A DNA stretch of 64,000 bases from a virus (IMGVR_UViG_3300025429_000009:28999-92998); one strand, 5' to 3'; counted from the stretch's first letter, positions 38,100 to 48,658 are shown. The notes: generated from the sequence alone by a model not told the origin. Program-made: numbers and translations.

Positions 38100-38445
38100 A
38101 AAAAGTCGTAAACAAGAAGTTATCCAGGGTAAGATCACCTGGCAAATACTCGAAAGACTATTAAATAACTATTGGGAATGGCAAGAAGTTTACAGAACAA
38201 CGGGTAACCCCGACCTCCGTTTAGACAACGGAGTAACCGTAAATATCTATGACATTCTCAAGGGTATAGACCGACTGCCTCCACGCCAAAAGCAGGCAGT
38301 CGTTTTGTCATGTCTGGAGAACCGTAAAGAAGTAGAAGTAGCACGCATCATGGGATTTACCAAATGGTCATCACAAGTAGGCATGTATAAGCGTAAAGCA
38401 TTAAAGCAGATTTGTGAAACGGTTTGGGCAAATGAGAATGACTAG
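38083..38445 (+). CDS. Sigma70 region-4-like HTH protein (candidate late transcription regulator)
   Basis: IDRLPPRQKQAVVL..LE.RKEVEVARIMG...V..YKRKALKQI. Confidence 0.78.
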   Translation: MGNTPRKSRKQEVIQGKITWQILERLLNNYWEWQEVYRTTGNPDLRLDNGVTVNIYDILKGIDRLPPRQKQAVVLSCLENRKEVEVARIMGFTKWSSQVGMYKRKALKQICETVWANEND

Positions 38446-38773
38446 TCCAGAAGATCAATACCAGAATCTAGAAGATACATACCGTGATCGGCTCCCTAAG
38501 AACTGGGAAGACATGAACATGCAGGCCAGACTGGACTGGTTTGGCCACAGAATACTGCTTGACTTGCGTGAAGAGACTGGTAAAGAAGGCTCAAAAGACT
38601 GGGGATTCCTCAGCGAGTACCAGTTGGAACGGCGCCGACGCCGTGAAGTTCAAAGCAAGCTCAATGGTTGGGATGATATCCCACCAAGACAAGGCATGTT
38701 TAAAAGAATACACGTAGACAAGAACAACTTGGTCATTGGAAAGAAGAACGAAGATGGACAGAAGAACCCGTGA
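38438..38773 (+). CDS. Hypothetical protein
   Basis: Overlapping operon ORF. Confidence 0.65.
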   Translation: MTSPEDQYQNLEDTYRDRLPKNWEDMNMQARLDWFGHRILLDLREETGKEGSKDWGFLSEYQLERRRRREVQSKLNGWDDIPPRQGMFKRIHVDKNNLVIGKKNEDGQKNP

Positions 38774-39479
38774 ATTTAAAGAGCTAGTGAAGATGACGCC
38801 TACTACGGCGGATCTGCTTAGCGAAGAGATAGATGGCGAGATATTTCTATATAAATATTCACCTCAGTGCAAAATCTGCAACACCAGCGATGAGCTGAAA
38901 AGCGTTATCGACTCTCTATTGTTGTTCCCAAAGACGTACAAGGAAGTTCTAACGCTCATCCAGCCCCTCCAGGAGAAGCTTGGTTTGTCTGAGGAAGAGC
39001 GTATTAACTACGAAAACATCCGCAACCACCAGAAGAATCACCTGCCTTTTGAGAAGAAGATCGTCCGTGACATCGTTGAAAAACGTGCCCGTGAGAAGAA
39101 CCGCAGCATACTGGACGCCGGCGACCGGCTACTTACGGCAGAAGCTTTCTATGAAATTATCGTAGCTAAGGGGTTTGAAGACCTGGCTCAGGGGTATGAA
39201 AAGCCTACGCTAACCCAGACAATGCACGCCATGGAAATGCTGCAAAAGCTGGAAAAGGAAAGCAAGGAAAATTACCGCCCAGAAGATCTTATCAACCAGC
39301 TGGACATTATCTTGCTTGCTATCCGTGACGTTGTCCCCGCTGCAATCAAGGAAGATCTGTTCAAGAAGATCGAAGAGTACCAAACTGGCGGTCTTGACGT
39401 ACCTAGCAAGAATAAAAAGATCAATAAACCCGTACTAGAAGCGGAATATATTGACGAAGATCTCATAGAAGACCTATAA
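38754..39479 (+). CDS. Zn-binding helical protein, candidate terminase small subunit
   Basis: CKIC...NIRNHQKNH and helical C-terminus; TerS role is inference. Confidence 0.45.
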   Translation: MDRRTREFKELVKMTPTTADLLSEEIDGEIFLYKYSPQCKICNTSDELKSVIDSLLLFPKTYKEVLTLIQPLQEKLGLSEEERINYENIRNHQKNHLPFEKKIVRDIVEKRAREKNRSILDAGDRLLTAEAFYEIIVAKGFEDLAQGYEKPTLTQTMHAMEMLQKLEKESKENYRPEDLINQLDIILLAIRDVVPAAIKEDLFKKIEEYQTGGLDVPSKNKKINKPVLEAEYIDEDLIEDL

Positions 39480-39544
39480 ATCCCCATAGTTTTATGTAAA
39501 ACTTGTAGTAAAACGCATGAGATATTGTAATCCTAGGGGAGTAT

Positions 39545-40087
39545 ATGGCCGGTAAGAACAGAAAAGAATTAAGCCCACGCCAATGGTGGCGTCGGATTAT
39601 CCATTCAGATAAAGCAGATAACCCCGTGCGCGCATTCGTAAACGATGAAAAGATTGATAACATTATTCTGCCTATGAGCAGCAACCGCAACCAACGCGAG
39701 GGTCTTATCATTAACAACTTAACTCCTGCTCAAATTGTCCAGATGAGTGAGAGTTACAATCGTGGTAACACAATGTTTATTGGCTTTGGTGAGCTTAATA
39801 GGTCAGTTCAACCAGAAGTATGGGGGTTCAACCCCGGTGACCACTATGAAGCAACAGTTACTGAAGAAGATAACTCGTTTGACCCACCATTGCTGGGTGG
39901 CCAAAAGGCTGATAAGTGCCAACGATGTGGCCGATACGTTACACCAAACAAGCTTAGACCAAGAGATAGAACTGTTGTGAACAGTAACACTGGTGAATCC
40001 TACGTAAAGAAAGAACTTAATTGCATCAACCCTTGTGTCGATGAGAATGCCGACGATAGCGAATTCGGCGCATTTGGAGCTATCTAA
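39545..40087 (+). CDS. Hypothetical protein
   Basis: GGGGAG RBS; CQRC...C...C. Confidence 0.7.
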   Translation: MAGKNRKELSPRQWWRRIIHSDKADNPVRAFVNDEKIDNIILPMSSNRNQREGLIINNLTPAQIVQMSESYNRGNTMFIGFGELNRSVQPEVWGFNPGDHYEATVTEEDNSFDPPLLGGQKADKCQRCGRYVTPNKLRPRDRTVVNSNTGESYVKKELNCINPCVDENADDSEFGAFGAI

Positions 40088-40959
40088 TGAGACCTAGAGA
40101 AGACGAAATCAGAAGAGAGATGCAGTTCCACAGCGATCAAGCTGATAACTTCAAGAAGAACATTAGGTCTAGTATCCCTGATTACGATCCTAATGCTGTC
40201 AACCAAAGTATGGATAGAGCAACAAAGCTTAAGCGCAACGAGTCTGCTGCTCGATCTAAGGTGCCACAGTTGTTTGGTTTGCTAAAAAAGAACGGTGCTT
40301 CCTTTCTGCGTTTTGCTGGTAACTTCACGGCCATCCCATTCAGTAGAGAAGCAAAAAGAGGTAGAGCTTTCCCGAATGCTCCGTTGACGTATGCTGCTTT
40401 GATTAGAAACTTTGATCCGTTAACAAAACTATCTAGCATCCATCTTGATAGCAAGAAGGATGTCAATGGTAATACCATTGGTGGTTGTTTGGTGTCCGAT
40501 GACGGAGGCATGACTGAGCACAGGTTCTTTACCAACAATGGCAAGATTGAAGACTATAAGCCACAAAAGATAGAAAAACTTGATATCTGCACCAACCCAC
40601 AGTGCTATGACTGCGTTGATTGCTTGGAACACCAAGATGCTTTGCACAACGCATTGAGCAATATCTTTCCAGAGAAATCAGACCCAGATGGTCACACTCG
40701 TGGATACCACATTAAGAACCTTATTTCTACGTTGAATAGTTGGGCATCGCACCACGACTCATGTGGCAACGACATGTCAATGATCAACGGTGGTTTTTCT
40801 TGTGATGATATTAACTTTAAAGAATGTGCTGAAAAACACCAACTTTTTGCTGGCCAGCTGCGTTCAATTGCGCGTGACATCGAGCACGCATTTACACAAG
40901 ATGGTGTCGGTAAGCACTTTGACCCAATCAACGGCGACGATCAGGAAGAAGGATACTAA
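40087..40959 (+). CDS. Cys/His-rich hypothetical protein
   Basis: 290 aa, TAATG coupling. Confidence 0.7.
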   Translation: MRPREDEIRREMQFHSDQADNFKKNIRSSIPDYDPNAVNQSMDRATKLKRNESAARSKVPQLFGLLKKNGASFLRFAGNFTAIPFSREAKRGRAFPNAPLTYAALIRNFDPLTKLSSIHLDSKKDVNGNTIGGCLVSDDGGMTEHRFFTNNGKIEDYKPQKIEKLDICTNPQCYDCVDCLEHQDALHNALSNIFPEKSDPDGHTRGYHIKNLISTLNSWASHHDSCGNDMSMINGGFSCDDINFKECAEKHQLFAGQLRSIARDIEHAFTQDGVGKHFDPINGDDQEEGY

Positions 40960-43900
40960 TGAAGATTAGCGAAATTTTTAAGAGAAACAACGTTAAAGAA
41001 GCTGACAATCTTTATACTAATCCAGTACCTGGGGTTACACCAGACGTACGACCTTCAATAAACCCAGGTGAGCAAAAAGAGCTTCTAAACAAAGATAACG
41101 CAATGAGAACGCTGCAGGAACAGTTCAATGTGTTCCCAGCGCCAGAAGGTCAGGCATTTCAAACGGTCCAAGAAAGTTTGCTTGGTGGTCGTTTTAAAAC
41201 GACTGAAGGCGTTATAACACCTAAGACCGAAGGTGGCATGAAGTATGATCGTTCGCCAGAAGACATATTTACCCCAGAAGAATTGGGGAGCTCAATGACT
41301 GCTTGCAACTGTGTAGAAGAAATGCCAGGTTCTATCTCACCTGAAGGTTTTAGAGATCTTAAAGAATGGGTATCTCGTGGGCCTGACTTCAGGGGGCCGT
41401 TTGCTACGCAAGAAGAATACGAAAAAGCAATAAAAGCACCTCGCGATGCATTCATTAAAGACATTCCTAGAAGACGTGCAGAGCACATTAAGTACCACCA
41501 GGACAGAGGGCTCCCCATTCCTCCGTTCCCCTCAGACGATGAGCTAATCGAAAAGTACGATAGTTTACCTTCTCCTGAACAAACCATGCACAGAGAAGTA
41601 GTTAAAAAATTTCTTGGTGCTCTTGATTCTCCACACCTCCCTGAGAGTAACTTAATAATTAATGAGTTTACACGCTCAAGCAAAAATAGTAGATTAGAAA
41701 AAGAAAACCAAGTTAATACTTGGCACCACTTGATTGGTCACATGGTCGCTGGCGGCATGAAGCCAGAAGATATTGGCATGTCTCCTGAGCTCTTCGAGAT
41801 GGCTCGTCATTCTATTAATTTTTTGCGTGAACACCACGCAAGAGGACAGCAAGAGCAAAGCGAAATTCAAAGAACGAATGCACTCCTTACTGGTCAAGAA
41901 AAAGAAGAGGAGTACCGAGAGAATCAGCTCGAGTCCCCCGCTGGATGTCCTACTTGTGAATCTTATCGTAACCATTTTAATGATGGCATTGTAAAGCTCC
42001 AAAACAAAATTCAAAAAAGAATGCTTAGCGGTGGCTCTACGTCGTCACCAGCTTATGCTACTGAGACTGCTGCTGAGCTTGCTCACCACGTTCATGAATT
42101 GTATCGCGATAATGTTCAAGGAAGCGGCCCATTGTCAGATGAATCTGGTGGGGAAGGTTCTTTCGTAAGACAAGCTTTGTTTGAAGCACACGGCAAAGAC
42201 ATTGAAGCCCTTCACGGTATTCTCGGTCAGTGGGATAGACACCGTGATATTCAGCACCCATCAGGAGCATTTTCCTGGGCAGGAAGATCACAGCCTGTTT
42301 CGTTTGAATACAAAAAGCCTGAAAGAAAAGAAAAGCTTCTTGATATTCCTGACCTCGATGTAGATACAGAAGAAGAACCAGAAGAGATTGAACGCGACCC
42401 TGAGATCGAGAGCGTATACGACAGAGTCATTGGTGTGCATGGTGGTTGGGATCTTAGACCACGTCAAGATATCCGCACTACTGAACAAGGTCGTATCAAC
42501 TTTACTGACGAACAGGGTAGAGAAATATCTCCACAAGAGATCATTGATTCCGGTGAAGTAAAGATTACTGGTGGCCCAAGAGAACTTGAACCAAACGCTG
42601 TAATCCGCCACCCAGGATTTGACTCAGGTGAGCGCCTTGTAACGGATGCCAGACCAGTCAACGAGACCAAGACTGTGCAGCTTGAGGGAAGAAACGTTGA
42701 AGGTATCGTCGCGCCTGGCGGTGAACCTCTTAGAAACAGAACTTTTATCAAAACTCAACCTAACCGTGTCGATCGTGTTTGGTCATATGATCCAAAGGAA
42801 GACCCACGTAATTACGAGTTTTTCCAACAGCCAGCAGCAGAAGGCGAACGTCCAGAAATTCTTCCTAGAAACAAGAACTTCATGGAGACTAAGTGTATTT
42901 TCAAGGATTGCAACGACCCTTACAACTGTGATGGTGAGCACGAGTACACATGGGAAAAGCCTGTACAAACTGAAGAAGCTAGACGCGAAGAGCAAAGCGT
43001 TAGATCTACTCAAATCGTTTCAAAAGAACCAACACGCACAATTACACTCTCACCCGAAGATCATTCGCCAGACTGGGAACCTTTTATCTCTAAAGAAGAA
43101 TGGCAAAAAACTGTCAATGAAGAAGGAAGACTTGAGCCTGGCCGTACACTAGAAAGATTTTCACGTCCACAACGTGCTGTTTACCCATGGGGCAAAAAAC
43201 CATTTAGACAGCTGACCCCCGAACAGCAGGAACAGTTTTTTGATTTAACTCAAAAAAATGAAAAAGAACTTCAAGCTTGGGAAAAGATTAATCAATTTAT
43301 AGATGAAAAGAATGCACCTATTCTTGAAGAACGAGAAGAAATTAAAAAAGATTTTGACGATAGAACACAAGCCAGAGGCGCACGCATCCGTGAACTGTCA
43401 GGCACGACAGAAACTAAGCAGTTTGTTACTCGTGGCAACTTCTTGCGTACTCGTTGCTCAGAGTGTGGACGTGGACCAGAACAAGGTCACAGTGGTTGGC
43501 ACCGTGACCCTGATAGAACGTTATACCAGATCCCACGTGAGCATGCATTTATTTTCCAACGTGCTGGTGTTCAACCAGACATTGCTCAATGGCACGAATA
43601 CCTTGACGCACAGAGAGCATACGATTCACAGACTACTCACGTAGAAGACCGCCCTAAGACTGTTACAGAAACCGTCGAGCACGGTGTTGGTGGACTCAGA
43701 ACTCCGTGGAAAGATTATCCTATCGATCCTTTAGATAGAGACATTAAAGCAATAAAATCAGAGGGATACAAGAAATGGTATGACTCCTTGTCTCCTGTGG
43801 AAAAGAGCATCCACGACGACGAGACTAAGGGATACCACGTAAGACGCCGTGAATTCTCAGAAGCTTTGGAGAGAGCTTACCCAACCGTTGCTTCAAACGC

Positions 43901-44636
43901 AACAATTGACACAGAGGTAGCTAGAGCTAACCTGGCAGACCAGATAACTTTGATGGATCGTTGGGAAAAGAACTGGCACCGTAAGTACTCTACTGAAGTA
44001 ACTCGGCACGTACTTGATGATGATGGTAACTATAAAGAAATAAAAAAGTTGGTGCCAAACGGTCGTAGGTATTTGGAAGTTCCTAAAGAGTTCCAACCTC
44101 TCGAGTCAGAACCTATTGACAGAAAGGTTAGGTCCTTTTACAGACAGGAACTTCCAATTAGGACAACGCTTACAAGAACCACTACTACTCCGAAACTTAA
44201 GCGTGTTCCTAAACGTTCACGCATCAAACCTCCTAGTGCCACTATGAAGCGCAAGGCTACCGAGGCATACTACGCTTCGCTCCACGCAGCCCTTGACAAG
44301 GTTTATGGCACTGATCTCTCAAGAGGAAAACAATACAGAATAATGAGAGAAGAATCATCAAACATTGCTCAACGTCTGAGAGAAGTAAACCAAAACAGCA
44401 TTAGGAACCTCGTTAGATCTAACAAGAAAGACACAACCATGGCAAAATTTACTTTTAATTCAAGAAACCACAAAGAAAATAATGATGCTAATAACAGTGT
44501 CTTTTCTGCTATAATTGGTGCAAAGAACAAGTCTTGCGAAACCTGCGGTAAGAAGTGTGCAGACAAGCAAGAGTGTGACCAGAACGTACAAGATCGTCGT
44601 CGCCAGCAGGCAGCTGACTCAATGTACAACGACTAA
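40959..44636 (+). CDS. Large charged hypothetical protein (candidate internal virion protein)
   Basis: 1225 aa, E/R/P-rich with several CxxC/His clusters; no recognisable family. Confidence 0.75.
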   Translation: MKISEIFKRNNVKEADNLYTNPVPGVTPDVRPSINPGEQKELLNKDNAMRTLQEQFNVFPAPEGQAFQTVQESLLGGRFKTTEGVITPKTEGGMKYDRSPEDIFTPEELGSSMTACNCVEEMPGSISPEGFRDLKEWVSRGPDFRGPFATQEEYEKAIKAPRDAFIKDIPRRRAEHIKYHQDRGLPIPPFPSDDELIEKYDSLPSPEQTMHREVVKKFLGALDSPHLPESNLIINEFTRSSKNSRLEKENQVNTWHHLIGHMVAGGMKPEDIGMSPELFEMARHSINFLREHHARGQQEQSEIQRTNALLTGQEKEEEYRENQLESPAGCPTCESYRNHFNDGIVKLQNKIQKRMLSGGSTSSPAYATETAAELAHHVHELYRDNVQGSGPLSDESGGEGSFVRQALFEAHGKDIEALHGILGQWDRHRDIQHPSGAFSWAGRSQPVSFEYKKPERKEKLLDIPDLDVDTEEEPEEIERDPEIESVYDRVIGVHGGWDLRPRQDIRTTEQGRINFTDEQGREISPQEIIDSGEVKITGGPRELEPNAVIRHPGFDSGERLVTDARPVNETKTVQLEGRNVEGIVAPGGEPLRNRTFIKTQPNRVDRVWSYDPKEDPRNYEFFQQPAAEGERPEILPRNKNFMETKCIFKDCNDPYNCDGEHEYTWEKPVQTEEARREEQSVRSTQIVSKEPTRTITLSPEDHSPDWEPFISKEEWQKTVNEEGRLEPGRTLERFSRPQRAVYPWGKKPFRQLTPEQQEQFFDLTQKNEKELQAWEKINQFIDEKNAPILEEREEIKKDFDDRTQARGARIRELSGTTETKQFVTRGNFLRTRCSECGRGPEQGHSGWHRDPDRTLYQIPREHAFIFQRAGVQPDIAQWHEYLDAQRAYDSQTTHVEDRPKTVTETVEHGVGGLRTPWKDYPIDPLDRDIKAIKSEGYKKWYDSLSPVEKSIHDDETKGYHVRRREFSEALERAYPTVASNATIDTEVARANLADQITLMDRWEKNWHRKYSTEVTRHVLDDDGNYKEIKKLVPNGRRYLEVPKEFQPLESEPIDRKVRSFYRQELPIRTTLTRTTTTPKLKRVPKRSRIKPPSATMKRKATEAYYASLHAALDKVYGTDLSRGKQYRIMREESSNIAQRLREVNQNSIRNLVRSNKKDTTMAKFTFNSRNHKENNDANNSVFSAIIGAKNKSCETCGKKCADKQECDQNVQDRRRQQAADSMYND

Positions 44637-44647
44637 GAAAGAAGACA

Positions 44648-45145
44648 ATGACTACAGACGCAAACGACCTGCCCGGTATTAGACCAGAGGATGTAAAGGT
44701 TACGCCTGAACAACAGGCGCAGATCAACGCATACCTTGCCGAGCAAAAGCGTGAAGAAGAAGAGCTTGGTAAGGAACAGCCTATCGAGCTTATGGAATCA
44801 GAGTTGATGGATGTATGGCGTCTCTTGCAGGAGCTGCAGTACAAGTACGGCAACCGTCCCGGTACCTTTGCTAATCTCACGTCTCTTCGCAATGAGGCTG
44901 ACGAGAAGTTCCACGCTCTTGGATTCCAAGTCGTTGTTGACTGGGTTATGCCTGGTCTGATGCAGCTTAACGGTCAAGCATCACCAGAGCCTCCCACCAT
45001 CACTATCGTTGGTCGTGTCGATGGATCAGAGTACAACCCTGAACAGAACCGTTACGAGACTGGTGCCGGTGTGGCAGACGATTACTACAACGCTAAGCGC
45101 AAGTCGCTTGGCATGAGCAACAAGCTCATTCTCCCTGGTCAATAG
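44648..45145 (+). CDS. Hypothetical protein
   Basis: 165 aa with codon usage of a highly expressed gene. Confidence 0.75.
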   Translation: MTTDANDLPGIRPEDVKVTPEQQAQINAYLAEQKREEEELGKEQPIELMESELMDVWRLLQELQYKYGNRPGTFANLTSLRNEADEKFHALGFQVVVDWVMPGLMQLNGQASPEPPTITIVGRVDGSEYNPEQNRYETGAGVADDYYNAKRKSLGMSNKLILPGQ

Positions 45146-45153
45146 AGGTAATT

Positions 45154-46422
45154 ATGCGTTGGATCAAGTTCTCTTTCAGAAAAAATGTTGTTACAGCTGC
45201 TGACGAGACCTCTGACGTCCATCCGCTAATTAAAGCTATTGATGACGGTCATGAAGTAACGATGATCTATCGTGGTAACAACACACACCCCGATGAAAGA
45301 ATAGAACCACGCACTGTTATCCCTACACGTGTTGAAGGCGACCATGTTGTTGCATTTGACATTGCTAAGAATGCATGGAGAAAGTTCTTCCCTGGCCAAC
45401 GACCAGGACCAAGCGGTATGCAAGGTGTTGAAAAGATAGTTAGCACTGCTCCTGCAAGCATCGCACGTGAAGATCTTCCACCAGAAGAAGAGAAGCCTGC
45501 AAAGACTTGGAAGAGACCTGCTCCAGCTCCTGCTCCAGCGGCACCTTCTATTCAGAAGTCTGAACCAGGCCCGCCTGTTTGGTTGAACGATGATGCACGT
45601 CCATGGGAAACACTACCCGGCTCAGTACAAAACTTTAGAAGCGTTGAGCCAACAGAGGATGAGTACAAAGAACTGCAGGCATTAGATATTGATCCTGCAA
45701 CGTTTGACCGTGCCACGGTAAAGCGCCTGCGCAACATGGGTGTCAGCCACCTCGAGCTAAAGGATGCTCTTAGCAACCAGGTTAAGATTCCTCTTGAAGA
45801 TTATGAGACTGCCAGAATCAACAACCCTGATAACCACCTGCAAGCAAAGCAAGAGGCTGAAAGATACCAAACTAATTATTATCAAACACTTATTCAAGAA
45901 AACAATCAGGACATGAGCAAGCCTGAGCTCTCACGCTATGCCGGTAGGCCATTCTTGTCAGATGAAAAGCACGACAGTTTGGTAGAGGACTTGTTCGGTC
46001 ACCACCTTACGCTAAAGAACCTTCCTACTGAGATGTTTGGTTCAATTAATCCTCAATCGTTTACAAGATACCAAGACCCTGATACTATCCCATGGCGTCG
46101 TCGGGCAAACGAATGGATTCTGCATGAGTGCTCAAAGCTTTCACCATCTTTAAGAGATTACTTTACTAGTTCAGATCCTGATGTGTCAGAGCCTTTCACC
46201 ACGCACTATGACACTAACGACCTGCTAAATTCGACAGAACATTCTAAGATAGTTGACACATTATTAAAGCACTATAACTTTAAGATGGTTAACTCTAGAA
46301 CGGTACGCGATCTTATCATTAACAAAAGAAAGCACAATGCGCTTATTAATATAGCAACAAGCCAGCACTTGCCATGGAGCTATTCTCAGGATCAGTACGA
46401 AAGAGAACCTAGGGAGCAATAA
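45154..46422 (+). CDS. Protein with N-terminal WYL-like domain
   Basis: AIDDGHEVTMIY...RTVIP.RV....VVAFD......RKF, followed by a Pro/Ala linker. Confidence 0.6.
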   Translation: MRWIKFSFRKNVVTAADETSDVHPLIKAIDDGHEVTMIYRGNNTHPDERIEPRTVIPTRVEGDHVVAFDIAKNAWRKFFPGQRPGPSGMQGVEKIVSTAPASIAREDLPPEEEKPAKTWKRPAPAPAPAAPSIQKSEPGPPVWLNDDARPWETLPGSVQNFRSVEPTEDEYKELQALDIDPATFDRATVKRLRNMGVSHLELKDALSNQVKIPLEDYETARINNPDNHLQAKQEAERYQTNYYQTLIQENNQDMSKPELSRYAGRPFLSDEKHDSLVEDLFGHHLTLKNLPTEMFGSINPQSFTRYQDPDTIPWRRRANEWILHECSKLSPSLRDYFTSSDPDVSEPFTTHYDTNDLLNSTEHSKIVDTLLKHYNFKMVNSRTVRDLIINKRKHNALINIATSQHLPWSYSQDQYEREPREQ

Positions 46423-47540
46423 TGTACAACTCTAGATACGCTAACCAATTATTTATTCCACCTACTGCGGATCCTTTTTCTGTTAAAGATCATTCAAAAA
46501 GAAAGTACAGCGCAGTTGAATCTCTATACGTAGGGTTTGATACTGAAACAACAGGATTGCTCAAAGACTTTGAAACGAAAAAAGATCTAGATACTTTCCC
46601 ATTGTCGTTCGGTATGTGCGTATATCGCAATGGCGTTCACAGCCCAGAAGAAGACCAGCATTTTATTATGTTACCTCCTCCGAAGGTTGACGAAAGTAAG
46701 CCTACAAAAATTTTGCTTGATTCCAATGGACGACCAATTAGATCAGAATTGTCTGACGAAGCAGAGAAAGTGCACGGGCTAACCGGTGACCTTCTTGCTG
46801 CTAGTTATCAAGGTAGAATTGTTAAAGACAAGACTGGTTCAACTCTGTTGCCTGCATACGAGCACAGCGTAGGAACTGCCAAAGCATTGAGCTTATTAGG
46901 TCAATATCAAAAACAAGGTGCAGTGTTTGTTGGCCACAACATTATTAATTTTGACTGGCCTATGATGCTTAGATCACACTTTAGAGCAACCGGTGAATTG
47001 CCACCATCAACAGCTGGTTTGAATCTGGGTAATGCTATGCGCTACTCCGCTGACACATTACAGCACGCCAAGGCTATGGGTATGGGTGTTAAGGGGTTTA
47101 GAAGAGGCGCTGGTGGTGTCCTTATCCCAGTAAGTGATTCAAAGAGACTTGAAGATCTTTGCCCACACTTTGGTATCCAGGTTGGTGGCCACGCTGCTCT
47201 TGGTGACGCTCGTTCATCGGTAGAACTCCTGCTAAAGCAAATCCAGCTGAACCAGGAGGAAAACGCAGCTAGAGGAATTAAGCTATCTAGCGTTGGTCCA
47301 TCAGGGGTTGACTACAGCATGGCTGGCCCGCACGACCCTAAAGGATGTAACTTCTGCAACCATTTAGACAAGGTAGCAGCCGGTAATATGGATGAAAACG
47401 GCAATCACTTGGATAAAGATGTAAAAAAGTCCATTGATGCTGCACGTGGTTGGCACGTTGACCCGTCATCCGCAAAGGGTACCCACCCTATGGCCCCACA
47501 ACTCGTATTAACTGCTAAGAAAAGAGAAAACAATGCGTAA
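46422..47540 (+). CDS. DEDDh 3'-5' exonuclease (DnaQ-like)
   Basis: FDTETTGL, VHGLT, VGHNIINFD, DTL, HAALGDA. Confidence 0.88.
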   Translation: MYNSRYANQLFIPPTADPFSVKDHSKRKYSAVESLYVGFDTETTGLLKDFETKKDLDTFPLSFGMCVYRNGVHSPEEDQHFIMLPPPKVDESKPTKILLDSNGRPIRSELSDEAEKVHGLTGDLLAASYQGRIVKDKTGSTLLPAYEHSVGTAKALSLLGQYQKQGAVFVGHNIINFDWPMMLRSHFRATGELPPSTAGLNLGNAMRYSADTLQHAKAMGMGVKGFRRGAGGVLIPVSDSKRLEDLCPHFGIQVGGHAALGDARSSVELLLKQIQLNQEENAARGIKLSSVGPSGVDYSMAGPHDPKGCNFCNHLDKVAAGNMDENGNHLDKDVKKSIDAARGWHVDPSSAKGTHPMAPQLVLTAKKRENNA

Positions 47541-47913
47541 AGTATCCAGAGCTGACGAAACGTATGATTTTAACTACCATACAGCTGCTGCAGATAGATG
47601 CGTCACACCTGGTTGTTACAACAAGCCAGAGGGTAACGAACGCCACTGCACTGATTGCGTAGAGAAGGTTAAGAACCCTACTTCTCGTCCATACGACACT
47701 AAGGGTACTACTTCTTCTGCTAAGACAGCTGGTGCATGGCCAAGCGAGACGGATCACAACGCTCACATCTCCAGCATGGAAGAACTCGCAGAGCACCACT
47801 CAAAGGGCGTTGCTTGGCACCACGAGCAAGGTGACACGATTCAAGCTGGTCGCCACGCTGCTGCTCTCGCTGCTCTTACTGGCGCTATCGAAGCTTGCAA
47901 GATTGCAAGATAA
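47533..47913 (+). CDS. Hypothetical protein (Cys/His-rich)
   Basis: C...GC...CTDC; His-rich C-terminus. Confidence 0.65.
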   Translation: MRKVSRADETYDFNYHTAAADRCVTPGCYNKPEGNERHCTDCVEKVKNPTSRPYDTKGTTSSAKTAGAWPSETDHNAHISSMEELAEHHSKGVAWHHEQGDTIQAGRHAAALAALTGAIEACKIAR

Positions 47914-47915
47914 CC

Positions 47916-48092
47916 ATGGACTTCAACACTCGTTACGCTAAAGAAAAAGAGTTCTGGGATAAAGAAGACCCAGACCATGGCGATCACGACAAGCTAACAT
48001 CTGAACAAAAAGCAAAAGCAAAGGCTCGCGCTAAGGCACATGGCCGAAAGTATCCTAACCTTGTGGACAACGCCTGGGCCTCTAAACAATAG
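47916..48092 (+). CDS. Small basic protein with RYA leader
   Basis: MDFNTRYAKEKE...KAKAKARAKAHGRKYPNLVDNAWA. Confidence 0.75.
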   Translation: MDFNTRYAKEKEFWDKEDPDHGDHDKLTSEQKAKAKARAKAHGRKYPNLVDNAWASKQ

Positions 48093-48100
48093 GAGATAAT

Positions 48101-48658
48101 ATGAATTGGAACCTGCGCTACGCAAAGGACAAAGAAGAAAAGGGTGGCGGTAAGTTTAAGCCGCCAGCATCGGTGCAGTCTGCTGCTAAGCACGCATTGA
48201 AGCTGATTGAAGAGGGTAAGGCCGGTGATGGTTTTACTAGCGTAGGTCGCCACCGTGCTCACCAACTTGCTGCTGGTGAGATGGTACCACTCAGTGACAT
48301 CAAGCGCATGCACTCATACTTCTCACGTCACGGCGTAGATAAGAAGGGTAAGGACTGGGACAACGACAGCCCCGGTAAGGTTGCCTGGCTTGCATGGGGT
48401 GGAGACGCTGGTAAATCATGGGCAGCTAGCATTGTAAAGAAGCATGGTGGTGGTGACAGCAAGAAGAAAGAGTCTAGCTACCGTTACGCAGAAGCAGAAG
48501 AGAGTCACGACGATTACTGCCGTAACCCTGATGAGCACTGCTCAACGTGTGCACGCGCAGGTTATTGTGAGTGTGGCGTATGTGGCAGAGGTGGTGTTAA
48601 TAATGGCTTACAAGACATGGAAAGACTACGTCAAGAAGAAAAACGTTACAATGACTAG
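48101..48658 (+). CDS. Head-associated phage domain protein with RYA leader
   Basis: MNWNLRYA; PP..V...A..AL...GFT.VG..RA.QLA...RM.SYFSRH...VAWLAWGGDAG..WA, a domain seen in phage head-gene regions. Confidence 0.7.
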   Translation: MNWNLRYAKDKEEKGGGKFKPPASVQSAAKHALKLIEEGKAGDGFTSVGRHRAHQLAAGEMVPLSDIKRMHSYFSRHGVDKKGKDWDNDSPGKVAWLAWGGDAGKSWAASIVKKHGGGDSKKKESSYRYAEAEESHDDYCRNPDEHCSTCARAGYCECGVCGRGGVNNGLQDMERLRQEEKRYND

